This document shows, piece by piece, positions 38,920-49,938 of a stretch of DNA of 64,000 bases (position 1 is the stretch's first letter; each line of letters starts with the position of its first letter). Source of the DNA: Candidatus Omnitrophota bacterium. GTDB taxonomy: Bacteria > Omnitrophota > Gorgyraeia > B26-G9. The notes under the pieces are model-generated. The model saw nothing but the letters and a program-made list of their open reading frames with translations, was not told the DNA's origin and did not search any database. Position numbers and translations under genes: made by a program. Where the stretch lies: NCBI GenBank assembly GCA_043826565.1, contig JBDRPX010000038.1, forward strand, positions 6,334 to 70,333. The letters run 5' to 3'.

Positions 38920-39273
38920 ATGAATTTGCAAATTACTATAACCGGAAGAAAATTAACAGTTGGTGAAGATTTAAAAGAACATGTCCAAAAAAGGGTGGAT
39001 AGGTTTAATAAATATTCTCGCGACTTGATTGAAGCCCATGTAGTTTTAGAAGTTGAGAAATATCGCAAAAATGCTGAGGTTTCAGTTTTTGGGAAAAGTC
39101 TTAAAATTACTGAAAAAAGTACTGGTGAGACTATGTTTGCGGCGGTTGACGATGTGTGTTCTCGAGTCGAAAGAGCCTTAAGACGATACAAAGATAAAGT
39201 GAAGGCGCATCGAAAGAAAGATACAGACAAATACAATTTAGAAGAAAACGATGTAGAGGGAGGTCTTGAATGA
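38920..39273 (+). CDS. hpf: Ribosome hibernation promoting factor (short HPF/RaiA)
   Basis: ITITGR, AHVVL, MFAAVD..RVERALRRYK; AGGAGG RBS. Confidence 0.9.
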   Translation: MNLQITITGRKLTVGEDLKEHVQKRVDRFNKYSRDLIEAHVVLEVEKYRKNAEVSVFGKSLKITEKSTGETMFAAVDDVCSRVERALRRYKDKVKAHRKKDTDKYNLEENDVEGGLE

Positions 39274-39731
39274 AAATAATGGAATTTCTCCACGAGAAAG
39301 CGTTATGCGCAGATATAAAGGCAACTACTAAAGAAGGTGTCATTGAGGAACTGGTCGGGTTGCTGGTCGATGCGCAGGTAATAAAAGATAAGGAAAAACT
39401 TACTAAAATTTTGCTTGAACGTGAAGCATTAGGATCAACCGGTATCGGCCAGGGGGTTGCTATTCCTCATGGTAAGTCAGAAAGCGTTAAAAAATTAGTA
39501 GCTGCTTTTGGCTTATCTCAAAAAGGGGTGAATTTTGATTCTTTGGATGGAGAGCCGGTTTATATTTTCTTTTTACTTGTTGCTCCCGAAGATTCTGCCG
39601 GGCCACATCTTAAGGCTTTAGCTAGAATATCGCGGATACTTAAAGATAAATATTTTAGGGATACATTGCGTTCCGCCAAAGAAAATAAAATAATTTTACA
39701 GATTATTAAACAAGAAGACGTTAGAAAATAA
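39270..39731 (+). CDS. ptsN: PTS IIA (Ntr/fructose-type)
   Basis: REALGSTGIGQGVAIPHG, FDSLDG, HLKALA. Confidence 0.92.
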   Translation: MKIMEFLHEKALCADIKATTKEGVIEELVGLLVDAQVIKDKEKLTKILLEREALGSTGIGQGVAIPHGKSESVKKLVAAFGLSQKGVNFDSLDGEPVYIFFLLVAPEDSAGPHLKALARISRILKDKYFRDTLRSAKENKIILQIIKQEDVRK

Positions 39732-39734
39732 AAA

Positions 39735-40985
39735 ATGCGGATCCTGAAATGGCTATACCCTGGAATGAAAGTAAAGCGCTGGATATTTTTAAGCGCTTTG
39801 GGAATCGTTTTGGTTGTTGCCGGAACTATTCAAGCAGTAAAACAATATGAACTTAAGCAAATTTCTGTTGCCGGAGCTGTTTTATTGCTTTGTGGAATCA
39901 GTTTATTAATTGTCGGTTCCAAGCAAATGACTAAATCATTTATTACTTTATTTGCTCCGCTATACCGGGAAAAGGAATTAGTCGATATTGTTTACAAAAA
40001 ACGTCAGCTTAGCAAGGGGCCGAAGATTGTCGTAATTGGCGGTGGTACAGGATTATCTGTTCTTTTACACGGGCTTAAAGCATATACTTCTAATTTAACT
40101 GCGATTGTAACGGTTGCTGATGATGGGGGAAGCTCAGGTAGATTGCGTAAGCAGTTTAATATGCTGCCGCCGGGAGATATCCGGAATTGTCTGGTTGCGC
40201 TTGCCGAGGCTGAGCCTCTGATGATGGAATTGTTTCAGTTTCGTTTTCAGGAAGGAACAGAATTGGCGGGACATAATTTCGGTAATTTGTTTATTACCGC
40301 AATGACTAAAATTTCCGGTGATTTCGAGAAAGCCATAAAAGATATAAGTAAGGTTTTAGCGATTAGCGGACAAGTGATCCCCTCTACTCTAAAAAGAGTT
40401 ACCTTGGTAGCAGAACATGATGACGGGACAAGAACATACGGAGAAACCCGGATATCCAAAAGTGCAGGTCTTATTAAACGCGTAAAGCTTATGCCGGAAA
40501 ATTGTGTTCCTACGGAAAGTGCGTTAGAGGCGATCAATGATGCTGAGGCGATTATCTTAGGGCCGGGAAGTTTATATACAAGTGTTCTTCCGAATTTAGT
40601 GATTAAAAACATGTCTGAGGCAATTCAGGCTTCGCAGGCAATAAAAGTTTATATATGCAATGTGATGACTCAATCTGGGGAAACAGATAATTTTACCGCT
40701 TATGACCATATTAAAGCGATCAAATCACATACTGCTTGTGACCTGATTGATTATTGTATTGTTAATACCGGTATTGTGCCTGCTGAGTTTTTGAAAAAAT
40801 ATAAAAAAGAGGGAGCTGTGCCGGTAAAAGCTGATATTGAAAATATAAAGGCTAATGGGGTCTCGGTTATAGCTGATAATGTAATAAGTACTAAGGATCA
40901 TGTTAGACATAATTCTGAGAAAATAGCAAAGAATGTAATTGATCTAATTCTGGATTTAAAAGCAAAGAGTGGTGTTTACGTTTAA
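39735..40985 (+). CDS. yvcK: YvcK/CofD-like (GlmR) protein with N-terminal TM extension
   Basis: IGGGTGL, DDGGSSGRLR, PPGDIRNC, GPGSLYTS. Confidence 0.93.
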   Translation: MRILKWLYPGMKVKRWIFLSALGIVLVVAGTIQAVKQYELKQISVAGAVLLLCGISLLIVGSKQMTKSFITLFAPLYREKELVDIVYKKRQLSKGPKIVVIGGGTGLSVLLHGLKAYTSNLTAIVTVADDGGSSGRLRKQFNMLPPGDIRNCLVALAEAEPLMMELFQFRFQEGTELAGHNFGNLFITAMTKISGDFEKAIKDISKVLAISGQVIPSTLKRVTLVAEHDDGTRTYGETRISKSAGLIKRVKLMPENCVPTESALEAINDAEAIILGPGSLYTSVLPNLVIKNMSEAIQASQAIKVYICNVMTQSGETDNFTAYDHIKAIKSHTACDLIDYCIVNTGIVPAEFLKKYKKEGAVPVKADIENIKANGVSVIADNVISTKDHVRHNSEKIAKNVIDLILDLKAKSGVYV

Positions 40986-41014
40986 AATAATAGTATTGAA
41001 TGAGATAATGCAGG

Positions 41015-41314
41015 GTGAAAATGGATAGAAATTCGAAAATAATAGAAAAAAGTGTAATTATAAAAAGCAAGGCTGGCCTGCATGCCAGACCGGCGGCGAT
41101 TTTTGTGCAGGTAGCAAATAAATTTGATAGCGAAATTACGATAACTAAGGGGCATCAAAAAGTTAATGGAAAATCAATTATGGGTGTGCTGATGTTGGCG
41201 GCAGGTCAGGGGCAAGAGGTAATTATTATTGCGGAAGGTCCGGATGCTGAAATGGCGATAAGGGAGCTTGAAAAAATACTTTTAAATGATGAAGACAGGA
41301 AAACGACTACATAA
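41015..41314 (+). CDS. ptsH: Phosphocarrier HPr
   Basis: GLHARPAA (His15), NGKSIMG (Ser46). Confidence 0.96.
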   Translation: MKMDRNSKIIEKSVIIKSKAGLHARPAAIFVQVANKFDSEITITKGHQKVNGKSIMGVLMLAAGQGQEVIIIAEGPDAEMAIRELEKILLNDEDRKTTT

Positions 41315-43049
41315 AACAGTACTTAAAGGCATTGCTGCTTCTCCGGGAATAGCCATGGGCAGTGTCTATCTTTGGGACAGTGAAGATTATAATGTCCATA
41401 TGTATGCAATTAAGGACTCCCAGATTGGCAGAGAAATTGTGCGGCTGGAAGAGGCTTTAATAAAAACACGTGCGGAAATTTTAGATATACAAAAAAAGAT
41501 TTCAAGCGGCATGGGGGTTGAACATGCGGAAATTTTTAATGCGCATCTTCTAGTTTTAGAAGACAGGATGTTGATTGAAGAAGTAATAAACAAGATTAAA
41601 AAAGAAAAGACCAATGTAGAAAGTATCTTTGTCGCAGTGCTGAGAAAATACTGCGATATATTTGCCAAGATGGACGATGAGTATTTAAAGGAACGTCTCA
41701 TAGATATCCAGGATGTGGGAAAAAGAGTACTGCATAATTTACTGGGTAAACAGCGTCAGGAACTTTTTGACCTAAAAAAAGAAGTAATCGTAGTTGCTGC
41801 TAACTTGTCCCCTTCGGATACGGCTTTAATCCAAAAAGAAAAAGTAATTGCCTTTGCTACTGATATGGGAGGCAGAACTTCACATACTGCAATATTGGCA
41901 CGCTCTCAAGAAATACCTGCTGTAGTTGGGCTGAAGACACTTACTGCGATTGTAAAGCAGGGAGATACGATAATTATTGACGGGAATCAGGGGGTAGTAA
42001 TAATTAATCCTACCGCTAGTGACCTAATAAAATATAAACAAGAAAAAAGAAGATTTGCTAACTTTGAGCGGGGGCTTTCAAGATTAAAGGAATTACCTTC
42101 AGTAACCAAAGATAATCATAGTGTGCTTGTGGGGGCAAATATTGAATTCCCTGAAGAAATCGCGTCTATTTTAGCCCATGGTGCCGAAGGGGTTGGGCTT
42201 TATCGTACGGAATATATGTATCTCAATAGGACTGATTTACCCACTGAGGCTGATCATTTTAAAGCATATAAGAAGGTTGCGCAGTGTATGCAGAAATCTT
42301 CTGTGGTTATCCGGACGATTGATTTAGGCGGGGATAAGTTTGCTTCTCATCTTGATTTGCCAAATGAAATGAATCCGCTTATGGGAATGCGCGCAATCAG
42401 ATTTTGTCTTGCCCGCCCGGATATTTTTAAAACACAGCTTTCCGGAATATTGAGAGCTAGTGTCTACGGGAATCTGAAAATTATGTATCCGATGATTTCC
42501 GGATTAGGAGAACTCAGGAAGGCGAATATAATTTTACAGGAAGTTAAGATGGATCTAAAAAAACAAAAGATCCCTTTTGATGAAAATATCGAAGTAGGCA
42601 TAATGATTGAGGTTCCCTCAGCAGCACTTATTGCCGATATTTTAGCTAAAGAGGCTGATTTTTTTAGTATCGGAACTAATGACTTGATTCAATACGCCCT
42701 GGCAGTTGACCGGATTAATGAAAAGATAACATATCTTTATGAGCCGGCGCACCCTGCGGTTTTACGACTTATAAAATCAGTTATTGATACAGCACATAAG
42801 GAGGGAATCTGGGTTGGAATGTGCGGAGAGATGGCTGCGGAGCCGCCGTTTATTCTGGTCTTATTGGGATTAGGATTGGATGAATTTAGTGCCAGTGCTG
42901 TGGCTATCCCGGAGATTAAAAAGATTATTAGATCGGTTACCTATGAGCAGGCTAAGAAAATCGCTGAAAAAGCCTTAACTTTTTCAACAGGTAAAGAGAT
43001 TGAAAGCTATCTTCGCACAAAACTAAGTGAACTTATTTACTATAAATAA
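41286..43049 (+). CDS. ptsI: PTS enzyme I
   Basis: GGRTSHTAI, GLYRTE, MIEVP, SIGTNDLIQY, MCGE. Confidence 0.97.
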   Translation: MMKTGKRLHKTVLKGIAASPGIAMGSVYLWDSEDYNVHMYAIKDSQIGREIVRLEEALIKTRAEILDIQKKISSGMGVEHAEIFNAHLLVLEDRMLIEEVINKIKKEKTNVESIFVAVLRKYCDIFAKMDDEYLKERLIDIQDVGKRVLHNLLGKQRQELFDLKKEVIVVAANLSPSDTALIQKEKVIAFATDMGGRTSHTAILARSQEIPAVVGLKTLTAIVKQGDTIIIDGNQGVVIINPTASDLIKYKQEKRRFANFERGLSRLKELPSVTKDNHSVLVGANIEFPEEIASILAHGAEGVGLYRTEYMYLNRTDLPTEADHFKAYKKVAQCMQKSSVVIRTIDLGGDKFASHLDLPNEMNPLMGMRAIRFCLARPDIFKTQLSGILRASVYGNLKIMYPMISGLGELRKANIILQEVKMDLKKQKIPFDENIEVGIMIEVPSAALIADILAKEADFFSIGTNDLIQYALAVDRINEKITYLYEPAHPAVLRLIKSVIDTAHKEGIWVGMCGEMAAEPPFILVLLGLGLDEFSASAVAIPEIKKIIRSVTYEQAKKIAEKALTFSTGKEIESYLRTKLSELIYYK

Positions 43050-43072
43050 ACTAGCAGATAAAGAACGATAAA

Positions 43073-43837
43073 ATGAAAATTTTGATTTTAGCAGCAGGGT
43101 ATGCAACGAGGTTATATCCTTTAACAAAGCACTGGCCTAAACCATTATTAATGGTTAAAGAAAAGCCGATTATTTGGCATATTATCAGCAATGTGAGATT
43201 TTTAGAGGGTCTTAAGGAAATAATTATTGTAACTAATGATAAATTTTCGCTGAATTTCCAGAAGTGGTCTTCCGGGGTTGATTTTGGAGTTCCCATAACA
43301 ATTATTAATGATGAGACTACATCGGAAAAAAACAGACTAGGGGCTATCGGTGATATTGATTTTGTTTTAAAAAATCATCCGGTTGAGGAGGATTTGTTAG
43401 TTATCGGAGGGGATAATCTTTTTTCTTTTAATCTGGGAAGTTTTCTCAAGTATGCTAAAGAAAAAAATAATTCATGTACCATAGGTCTGCATGAGTTAAA
43501 TGATCCGGAAAATATTAGCCGTTATGGAGTTGTTAGTATTGACAGCAAAGGAAAATTAATTAGTTTTGAGGAAAAGCCGAAGAATAGCACTTCAAGGTTA
43601 ATTTCTATGTGTATATATTATTTTCCTAAAAAAACCATCGGTTTTATTCCGGAGTATTTGAGCCAAGACCACAGTAGTGATGCAACCGGAAGTTATATCC
43701 GGTGGTTGCATGAAAAAATAGATGTTTGGGGTTATGTGTTAAAAGGGGTTTGGTATGATATCGGGGATATTGATACTTTTTACCATACCAGTGTGACTTA
43801 TGATGATACCTGGGAAAAAGTCGTTAAATTGGATTAG
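43073..43837 (+). CDS. Sugar-phosphate nucleotidyltransferase family protein
   Basis: [32 protein letters not shown]. Confidence 0.9.
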   Translation: MKILILAAGYATRLYPLTKHWPKPLLMVKEKPIIWHIISNVRFLEGLKEIIIVTNDKFSLNFQKWSSGVDFGVPITIINDETTSEKNRLGAIGDIDFVLKNHPVEEDLLVIGGDNLFSFNLGSFLKYAKEKNNSCTIGLHELNDPENISRYGVVSIDSKGKLISFEEKPKNSTSRLISMCIYYFPKKTIGFIPEYLSQDHSSDATGSYIRWLHEKIDVWGYVLKGVWYDIGDIDTFYHTSVTYDDTWEKVVKLD

Positions 43838-43868
43838 AAAAGGTAAAATAACGAAAGGGAAAAGGAAA

Positions 43869-44972
43869 ATGAAATATTTTTTTACTTCAGAGTCTGTCGG
43901 GCAAGGTCATCCGGATAAAGTTGCTGACGCTATATCCGATGCTGTCTTAGATAAGATGTTAGAGCAAGATCCAAAATCAAGAGTTGCTTGCGAAACAATG
44001 TGCGCTAAAGGAACTATTATTGTGTCCGGTGAGGTTACAACTGAGGCATATGTTGATGTAAATAGAGTGGTATCTGACACGCTAACACGTATTGGTTATG
44101 ATGCCAATCAGTTTGGTGTCTTAACATCAATTCATACTCAGTCACCGGATATTGCTCAGGGAGTCGATACAGGCGGAGCCGGTGATCAGGGATTGATGTT
44201 TGGATATGCTTGTAAACAAACAGAAGAGCTTATGCCGCTTCCCATAACGCTTGCACATAAGTTAATCAAAAGGTTAGATGAGTATAGAAGGGGTGTTGAG
44301 TATTTAAGGCCTGACACAAAAGCTCAGGTTACTGTTGAATATGAGGATAAGACTCCCCAGAGAATAGAAGCTATTGTTATCGCTGCTTCTCATGATTCTC
44401 ATGTAAGTATGGAAACGCTTCGTAAAGAGATTCACAAAGAAGTTATTGAAAAAGTTATTCCGGCAGAAATGATTGATGAAAACACAAAATATCATATTAA
44501 TGCAACAGGCCGTTTTGAAGAGCATGGCCCTGCGGCAGATGTAGGATTAACCGGCCGAAAGATTATTGTTGATACATACGGTGGATGGTCACGTCATGGC
44601 GGCGGAGCTTTTTCCGGCAAAGACTCAACAAAAGTTGACCGTTCAGCAGCTTATATGGCTCGCTATATAGCTAAAAATATTGTCGCGGCAGATCTTGCCG
44701 ATGAAGCAGAAGTACAATTAGCATATTGTATCGGTGTGGCCGAACCTGTGTCTGTATTTATCGATACTTTTGGTACAGGCAAAGTATGTGAAGAAAAATT
44801 ATCTGAAGTTGTCAGAGCTATTTTTCCACTTCACCCACAAGAAATAATTGAACATTTGGAATTACGTAAACCTGTATTTTCTCCGACTTCAGCTCACGGG
44901 CATTTTGGAAATCCTGACTATCGCTGGGAGAAGACAGATATGGTTAAAGAATTAAAGAAAGCTTTTGCTTAA
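43869..44972 (+). CDS. metK: S-adenosylmethionine synthetase
   Basis: [40 protein letters not shown]. Confidence 0.98.
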   Translation: MKYFFTSESVGQGHPDKVADAISDAVLDKMLEQDPKSRVACETMCAKGTIIVSGEVTTEAYVDVNRVVSDTLTRIGYDANQFGVLTSIHTQSPDIAQGVDTGGAGDQGLMFGYACKQTEELMPLPITLAHKLIKRLDEYRRGVEYLRPDTKAQVTVEYEDKTPQRIEAIVIAASHDSHVSMETLRKEIHKEVIEKVIPAEMIDENTKYHINATGRFEEHGPAADVGLTGRKIIVDTYGGWSRHGGGAFSGKDSTKVDRSAAYMARYIAKNIVAADLADEAEVQLAYCIGVAEPVSVFIDTFGTGKVCEEKLSEVVRAIFPLHPQEIIEHLELRKPVFSPTSAHGHFGNPDYRWEKTDMVKELKKAFA

Positions 44973-44988
44973 AAATAAAGGTAAGCAT

Positions 44989-46392
44989 ATGGAAAATTAT
45001 AAAGTAGCAGATATGTCCTTAGTTGATTTTGGACGCAAAGAAATTGAAATAGCAGAGCATGAAATGCCGGGTCTTATGGCAACACGTGCTAAGTATGGTA
45101 AAGAGAAACCTTTAATGGGTGTCCGTATAATGGGTTCGCTTCACATGACAGTTCAAACAGCTGTATTAATTGAGACTTTGGTTGAATTAGGTGCCGATGT
45201 TCGTTGGGCTTCTTGTAATATTTACTCAACTCAGGATCATGCTGCTGCTGCAATTGCTGCTGCCGGAGTACCTGTGTTTGCATGGAAAGGCGAAACATTG
45301 GAAGAGTATTGGGATTGTACTTTAAAGGCTCTGTCTTTTCCTGACGGAAAAGGCCCTGAACTCATTGTTGATGACGGAGGAGATGCTACTCTTCTAATTC
45401 ACTGGGGATTAAAAGCTGAAAAAGATGCTTCATTTCTTGATCGGGAAGCAGGTCACGAAGAAGAACAGTGTATTTTAGATCTTTTAAAAAGAGAACTTAA
45501 AACTGACTATGGGAAATGGAGACGTTTTGTTAAAGACTGGAAGGGCGTTTCTGAAGAAACAACAACCGGAGTACATCGTCTATACCAGATGTTGGAAGAG
45601 GGTGAACTACTTGTTCCGGCAATTAATGTTAATGATTCTGTAACAAAATCAAAATTCGACAATCTTTATGGTTGTCGTGAATCTTTAGCAGATGGAATTA
45701 AGCGTGCAACTGATGTTATGGTGGCCGGTAAAACAGTTTGTATCTTAGGTTATGGTGATGTAGGTAAAGGCTGTGCTCAGTCTATGCGGGGATTTGGCGC
45801 ACGCGTATTGATCACTGAAATTGATCCTATTTGTGCTCTTCAGGCCGCAATGGAAGGCTTTGAAGTAACAACAATGGAAGAGGCTGTGGCAGAGGCAAAT
45901 ATTTTTGTTACAACGACGGGTAATGTTGGTGTTATTTCAATAGACCATTTAGAGGCTATGAAAGACCAGGCAATTGTTTGTAATATCGGGCACTTTGATT
46001 CAGAGATAGAAGTCGACAAGCTTGAAAAATTTCCCGGGATAACTATAATAAATATCAAACCTCAGGTTGATAAGTTTACCTTTCCAAAAGGTAACTCTAT
46101 TTATTTGCTGGCCAGCGGTCGTTTGGTTAATTTAGGATGTGCTACTGGGCATTCGTCGTTTGTTATGTCAAATTCGTTCACTAATCAGGTTCTTGCTCAA
46201 ATCGATCTCTGGGCAAATAAGGATAAATATAAAGTGGGCGTTTATCGGCTCTCAAAGCAGCTGGATGAGGAAGTGGCAAGATTACATCTTCAAAAAATCG
46301 GAGTGAAACTTACAAAGTTAACTAAAAAGCAGGCTGATTATTTAGGCGTTCCCGTAGAGGGGCCGTATAAGCCGGAGCATTATAGGTACTAG
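44989..46392 (+). CDS. ahcY: Adenosylhomocysteinase
   Basis: [43 protein letters not shown]. Confidence 0.98.
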   Translation: MENYKVADMSLVDFGRKEIEIAEHEMPGLMATRAKYGKEKPLMGVRIMGSLHMTVQTAVLIETLVELGADVRWASCNIYSTQDHAAAAIAAAGVPVFAWKGETLEEYWDCTLKALSFPDGKGPELIVDDGGDATLLIHWGLKAEKDASFLDREAGHEEEQCILDLLKRELKTDYGKWRRFVKDWKGVSEETTTGVHRLYQMLEEGELLVPAINVNDSVTKSKFDNLYGCRESLADGIKRATDVMVAGKTVCILGYGDVGKGCAQSMRGFGARVLITEIDPICALQAAMEGFEVTTMEEAVAEANIFVTTTGNVGVISIDHLEAMKDQAIVCNIGHFDSEIEVDKLEKFPGITIINIKPQVDKFTFPKGNSIYLLASGRLVNLGCATGHSSFVMSNSFTNQVLAQIDLWANKDKYKVGVYRLSKQLDEEVARLHLQKIGVKLTKLTKKQADYLGVPVEGPYKPEHYRY

Positions 46393-46409
46393 AAATATTG
46401 TATATTAAG

Positions 46410-46604
46410 TTACAAATCACAATTAACAAATTACAAGCAATATACAATTACCAAAATTAAAAAAACTAAAAACTAGGTTGTGAATTATTAGTGATTCTAT
46501 ATCATTTATTGGGGATGTAATTTTGTAATAGCATAAATGTTTTTTAATTGTATATTGGAGTTTGTTGCGCTTTGCGGAATTTTGCTTGTCCTGTTGATTT
46601 GTAA
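46410..46604. repeat. Long imperfect nested inverted repeat (A/C-rich left arm, T/G-rich right arm)
   Basis: TTACAAATCA 46410-19 / TGATTTGTAA 46595-604; CAATATACAATTA 46438-50 / TAATTGTATATTG 46545-57; ACAAGCAA / TTGCTTGT. Confidence 0.7.
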
Positions 46605-46658
46605 TTTGGATTTTGTTTATTGTTTATTTTAAGGTTTGAAAAAAGGAGGCATTGGGTT

Positions 46659-47666
46659 ATGGCGTTGTATAAAGAGTTAGGGTTAGTAAATACTCGCGAG
46701 ATGTTTAAGAAGGCAATGGAAGGTAAATACGCTGTTCCCGCGTATAACTTTAATAACATGGAACAGATACAGGCAATAATTGTTGCTTGTGTTGAATCTC
46801 AGTCCCCGGTGATTTTACAGGTTTCCAGTGGTGCCAGAAAATATGCTAACCAGACCTTATTGCGGTATATGGGGCAAGGTGCTGTGGAGATGATGAAAGA
46901 TATAGCAAAAGAAAAAGGTTTGAAGGAAATTCCCATTGCCTTACATCTTGATCATGGGGATACTTTTGAACTTTGCAAATCTTGTATTGAATCTGGGTTT
47001 TCCTCTGTTATGATCGATGGATCTCACCACTCATTTGAAAAAAACATAGCATTAACCAAGCAGGTGGTTGATTATGCGCACCGGTTTGATGTTACGGTTG
47101 AGGGTGAGCTCGGGGTTTTAGCTGGTATTGAGGATGCTGTTGTCGCAGAAAAGTCTACCTATACGAAACCGGAAGAGGTTATCGAATTTGTGGAAAAGAC
47201 AGGTGTTGATTCGCTGGCAATTTCTATCGGCACATCGCATGGCGCAAATAAATTTAAACCGGAGCAGTGCACAAGGAACGCCGATGGAGTGTATATTCCT
47301 CCGGAGCTGCGTTTCGATATTTTAAGTGAAATCGAAGAAAAAATACCAGGTTTTACAATAGTTTTACACGGATCGTCTTCAGTACCGATAGAAGCCGTTA
47401 AGATTATTAACGCAAATGGGGGAGCCTTAAAAGATTCAGTGGGTATCCCTGAGGAGCAAATCAGAAAAGCGACCAAGTCTGCGGTTTGTAAAGTAAATAT
47501 TGATTCCGACGGAAGACTATGGATGACTGCGGCGATCAGAAAGCTTTTCAATGAGAAGCCGGCGGAATTTGATCCCCGTAAATATTTAGGACCGGCAAGA
47601 GAAGCCCTGGTTGCTATGTACAAACATAAAAATGAAAACGTACTTGGGTCTGCGGGAAAAGCATAA
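46659..47666 (+). CDS. fba: Class II fructose-bisphosphate aldolase
   Basis: PAYNFNN, HLDHG, SSVMIDGS, GTSHG, VLHGSS, KVNIDSD, FDPRKY. Confidence 0.97.
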   Translation: MALYKELGLVNTREMFKKAMEGKYAVPAYNFNNMEQIQAIIVACVESQSPVILQVSSGARKYANQTLLRYMGQGAVEMMKDIAKEKGLKEIPIALHLDHGDTFELCKSCIESGFSSVMIDGSHHSFEKNIALTKQVVDYAHRFDVTVEGELGVLAGIEDAVVAEKSTYTKPEEVIEFVEKTGVDSLAISIGTSHGANKFKPEQCTRNADGVYIPPELRFDILSEIEEKIPGFTIVLHGSSSVPIEAVKIINANGGALKDSVGIPEEQIRKATKSAVCKVNIDSDGRLWMTAAIRKLFNEKPAEFDPRKYLGPAREALVAMYKHKNENVLGSAGKA

Positions 47667-47672
47667 TAACAT

Positions 47673-47696
47673 GTAGGGACAGGTCGTGACCTGTCC
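47673..47696 (+). repeat. GTAG-type REP palindrome
   Basis: GTAG-GGACAGGTC-GT-GACCTGTCC between convergent fba and lptG. Confidence 0.75.
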
Positions 47697-47744
47697 GAAG
47701 CCGCGTAATGGCTGTTCGTTTTTTCTTAACATTCAATTGTAGGG

Positions 47745-48836
47745 TTATTTTCTTGCGGATTCCTCGATAAGCCAAATACCGGTAAAAAGAAATATTGTAT
47801 TAGTCATCCATGCGGAAATAAACGGCGGCAAGATCCCGATTTTACCAAAAGACATACATACGGCATGTACCGTCCAGTAGCTAAAACTTATGGCGATACT
47901 GATCGTTATTCCCAGGATAGTGCTGGTATTTCTTTTTTGTGTCAGGGTAAACGGAACCACAAAAAATATAATTATAAAGTTAGCCAAAGGAAAAGATACT
48001 TTACTATAAAATTCAACTAATTCCTTCCGGGCTTTAAACCCGTTGTTTTCCAGACGGCGGATGTATTTCTTAAGCTGCCAATAACTCATCAGGTTAGGTT
48101 GTATATTAGCTCGCTTAAAATCTTTTGGTTGTTCATCAATTAATATTACTTTTTCCACATAGTGCTCAGGGCTGCCGACCAATTCACCTTTAGAATATTC
48201 GCTGATAATACAATCATAGAATAGCCAATATCCTTCAACCCACTGAGCGCGTTTGGCGACAACCTGCCGGGATACTTCATTTTTACTATTATTTTCCGAA
48301 ATTATTATGTTATTCATTTGATAGCGTTTTGCGTCATAACTATTAATGATAAAAATCCTATTGTGCGACCCATATAAAGTTAAGTCTTTCATTATGTTGT
48401 TTTTTTCTTTTTTTGCATTAGTTTTAAAATATGATTCTTTAAGATTTTCCGCGTGCAAATATGAATCCGGCTTGATAAGCTCATTTATGCTAAAGCTTAC
48501 CGAGCTTATAAATAAACCGAAAATAATAAAAATCCCGATAATGCTCCAGAGATTAACTCCAATCGCCTTAATGGCCATGATCTCATTATTTTTATTTAAC
48601 GTGCTTAGGGTATAAATAGTTGCCAGGATCATAATAACCGGGCTGATCTGAACGAAAATATAAGGGGTCAGCGAGAAATAATAATCGCAAAGTACAAACA
48701 ACGGTACTTTTGCTTTGGCGATCTCATCGAGATGTTCAAAGAGGTCAATAATCCAGGATAAAGAAATAAATAAAATTAAACACCAGACATACGGTTTTAA
48801 AAACTCACCAAGAATATATTTTTTCAGTATTTTCAT
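47745..48836 (-). CDS. lptG: LPS export permease LptG
   Basis: YjgP/YjgQ family: NNEIMAIKAIG, KRAQW..GYW, six TMs, ISAWMTN. Confidence 0.9.
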   Translation of the reverse strand: MKILKKYILGEFLKPYVWCLILFISLSWIIDLFEHLDEIAKAKVPLFVLCDYYFSLTPYIFVQISPVIMILATIYTLSTLNKNNEIMAIKAIGVNLWSIIGIFIIFGLFISSVSFSINELIKPDSYLHAENLKESYFKTNAKKEKNNIMKDLTLYGSHNRIFIINSYDAKRYQMNNIIISENNSKNEVSRQVVAKRAQWVEGYWLFYDCIISEYSKGELVGSPEHYVEKVILIDEQPKDFKRANIQPNLMSYWQLKKYIRRLENNGFKARKELVEFYSKVSFPLANFIIIFFVVPFTLTQKRNTSTILGITISIAISFSYWTVHAVCMSFGKIGILPPFISAWMTNTIFLFTGIWLIEESARK

Positions 48837-48838
48837 AA

Positions 48839-49933
48839 TTAATCTTCTATTACCTTAAAGGTTAAAATAACTCCACTGATAAACATTACTGTATTTGGCA
48901 GCCAAACGCCGATTATCGGGTCAATTTTACCGCGCAATGCAAAACTTTCTCCAAAAGCCATTAGCAAATAGTATAGTAGACAAATAATGAGGCTTAAGCC
49001 AAAACCCAGCGAACGTTCGCGCCGTTTAACGCGGATTGCCAGGGGCATGCCGATTAAAATGAAGACAAGACTGCTGAAGGAAAGTGAAAATTTTCGATAA
49101 AGTCCTACAAGTAGCGGTGTTTCATCAATATCTAATTTTTGCATAGCTTTAATTTCTTCCTTGACCTCATTTATGCTCATGTCGGAAACTTTTTTCCCGA
49201 GTTGAGTTGAAGTCTGAACTTCATTAAGGTAAAGAGATAAATGGTATGTTTTAAAATTTAATTTATAAAAAATGTCTGGATCCTCAAAGCTGGGCTCATC
49301 AGCAGTTCCATTTTTAAGCTCAAGTTTTAAAGAACCTTTTTCCGGGATGGGGATAAATGAGCCTGATTTTGCCACAATAGTTCTCGTGGGTTTGTTCTCC
49401 TGAGGCTGATAAATCCGGATATCTTGAAAACTATCATTGGTAATTTTGAATATAAAAATAATTTGATTTTTAAATGCTTTAATGAAAGTTTTTTCCTCAA
49501 GATATGCGGTTGGTTTTTTTATCCCGATTTCATTAACAATTGATCGCATTGTATAATGGGATTTCGGGATAATGGTATCGTTAAAATAAAGACAAAGCAA
49601 ACTAAACATTAACCCAATAAGAAATAAATCTATAGCAAGTGTATAAAGACTGATTCCGCTGGATCTTAAAGCAGTAATTTCATTATCCGATGACAGCCGG
49701 CCAAAGGTTAAAAGTGTGGCGGTGAGTATTGAAATAGGAATAGAAAATATAAGCAAAGAAGGCAATAGTGATAAAAACAATTTCAAGACAGTGCCAGGCG
49801 TAACTCCTTTAGCTATAACTAGTTCTGCAAGTTTAACCAGATTTCCTATAACCAAAACAAAACTTATAATTATAACTGAAAGCAGTAAAAGGGAAAACCA
49901 TTCTTTAAGTATATAATTTTTTAGTATTTTCAT
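48839..49933 (-). CDS. lptF: LPS export permease LptF
   Basis: FGRLSSDNEITALRSSG, GMPLA, WLPN; start set at ATG 49933. Confidence 0.9.
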   Translation of the reverse strand: MKILKNYILKEWFSLLLLSVIIISFVLVIGNLVKLAELVIAKGVTPGTVLKLFLSLLPSLLIFSIPISILTATLLTFGRLSSDNEITALRSSGISLYTLAIDLFLIGLMFSLLCLYFNDTIIPKSHYTMRSIVNEIGIKKPTAYLEEKTFIKAFKNQIIFIFKITNDSFQDIRIYQPQENKPTRTIVAKSGSFIPIPEKGSLKLELKNGTADEPSFEDPDIFYKLNFKTYHLSLYLNEVQTSTQLGKKVSDMSINEVKEEIKAMQKLDIDETPLLVGLYRKFSLSFSSLVFILIGMPLAIRVKRRERSLGFGLSLIICLLYYLLMAFGESFALRGKIDPIIGVWLPNTVMFISGVILTFKVIED

Positions 49934-49938
49934 TTGCT

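Noticed and set aside
43838-43868. SAM/SAH riboswitch upstream of metK-ahcY
   Set aside because: The intergenic space is ~30 bp of purine-rich sequence with no aptamer motif
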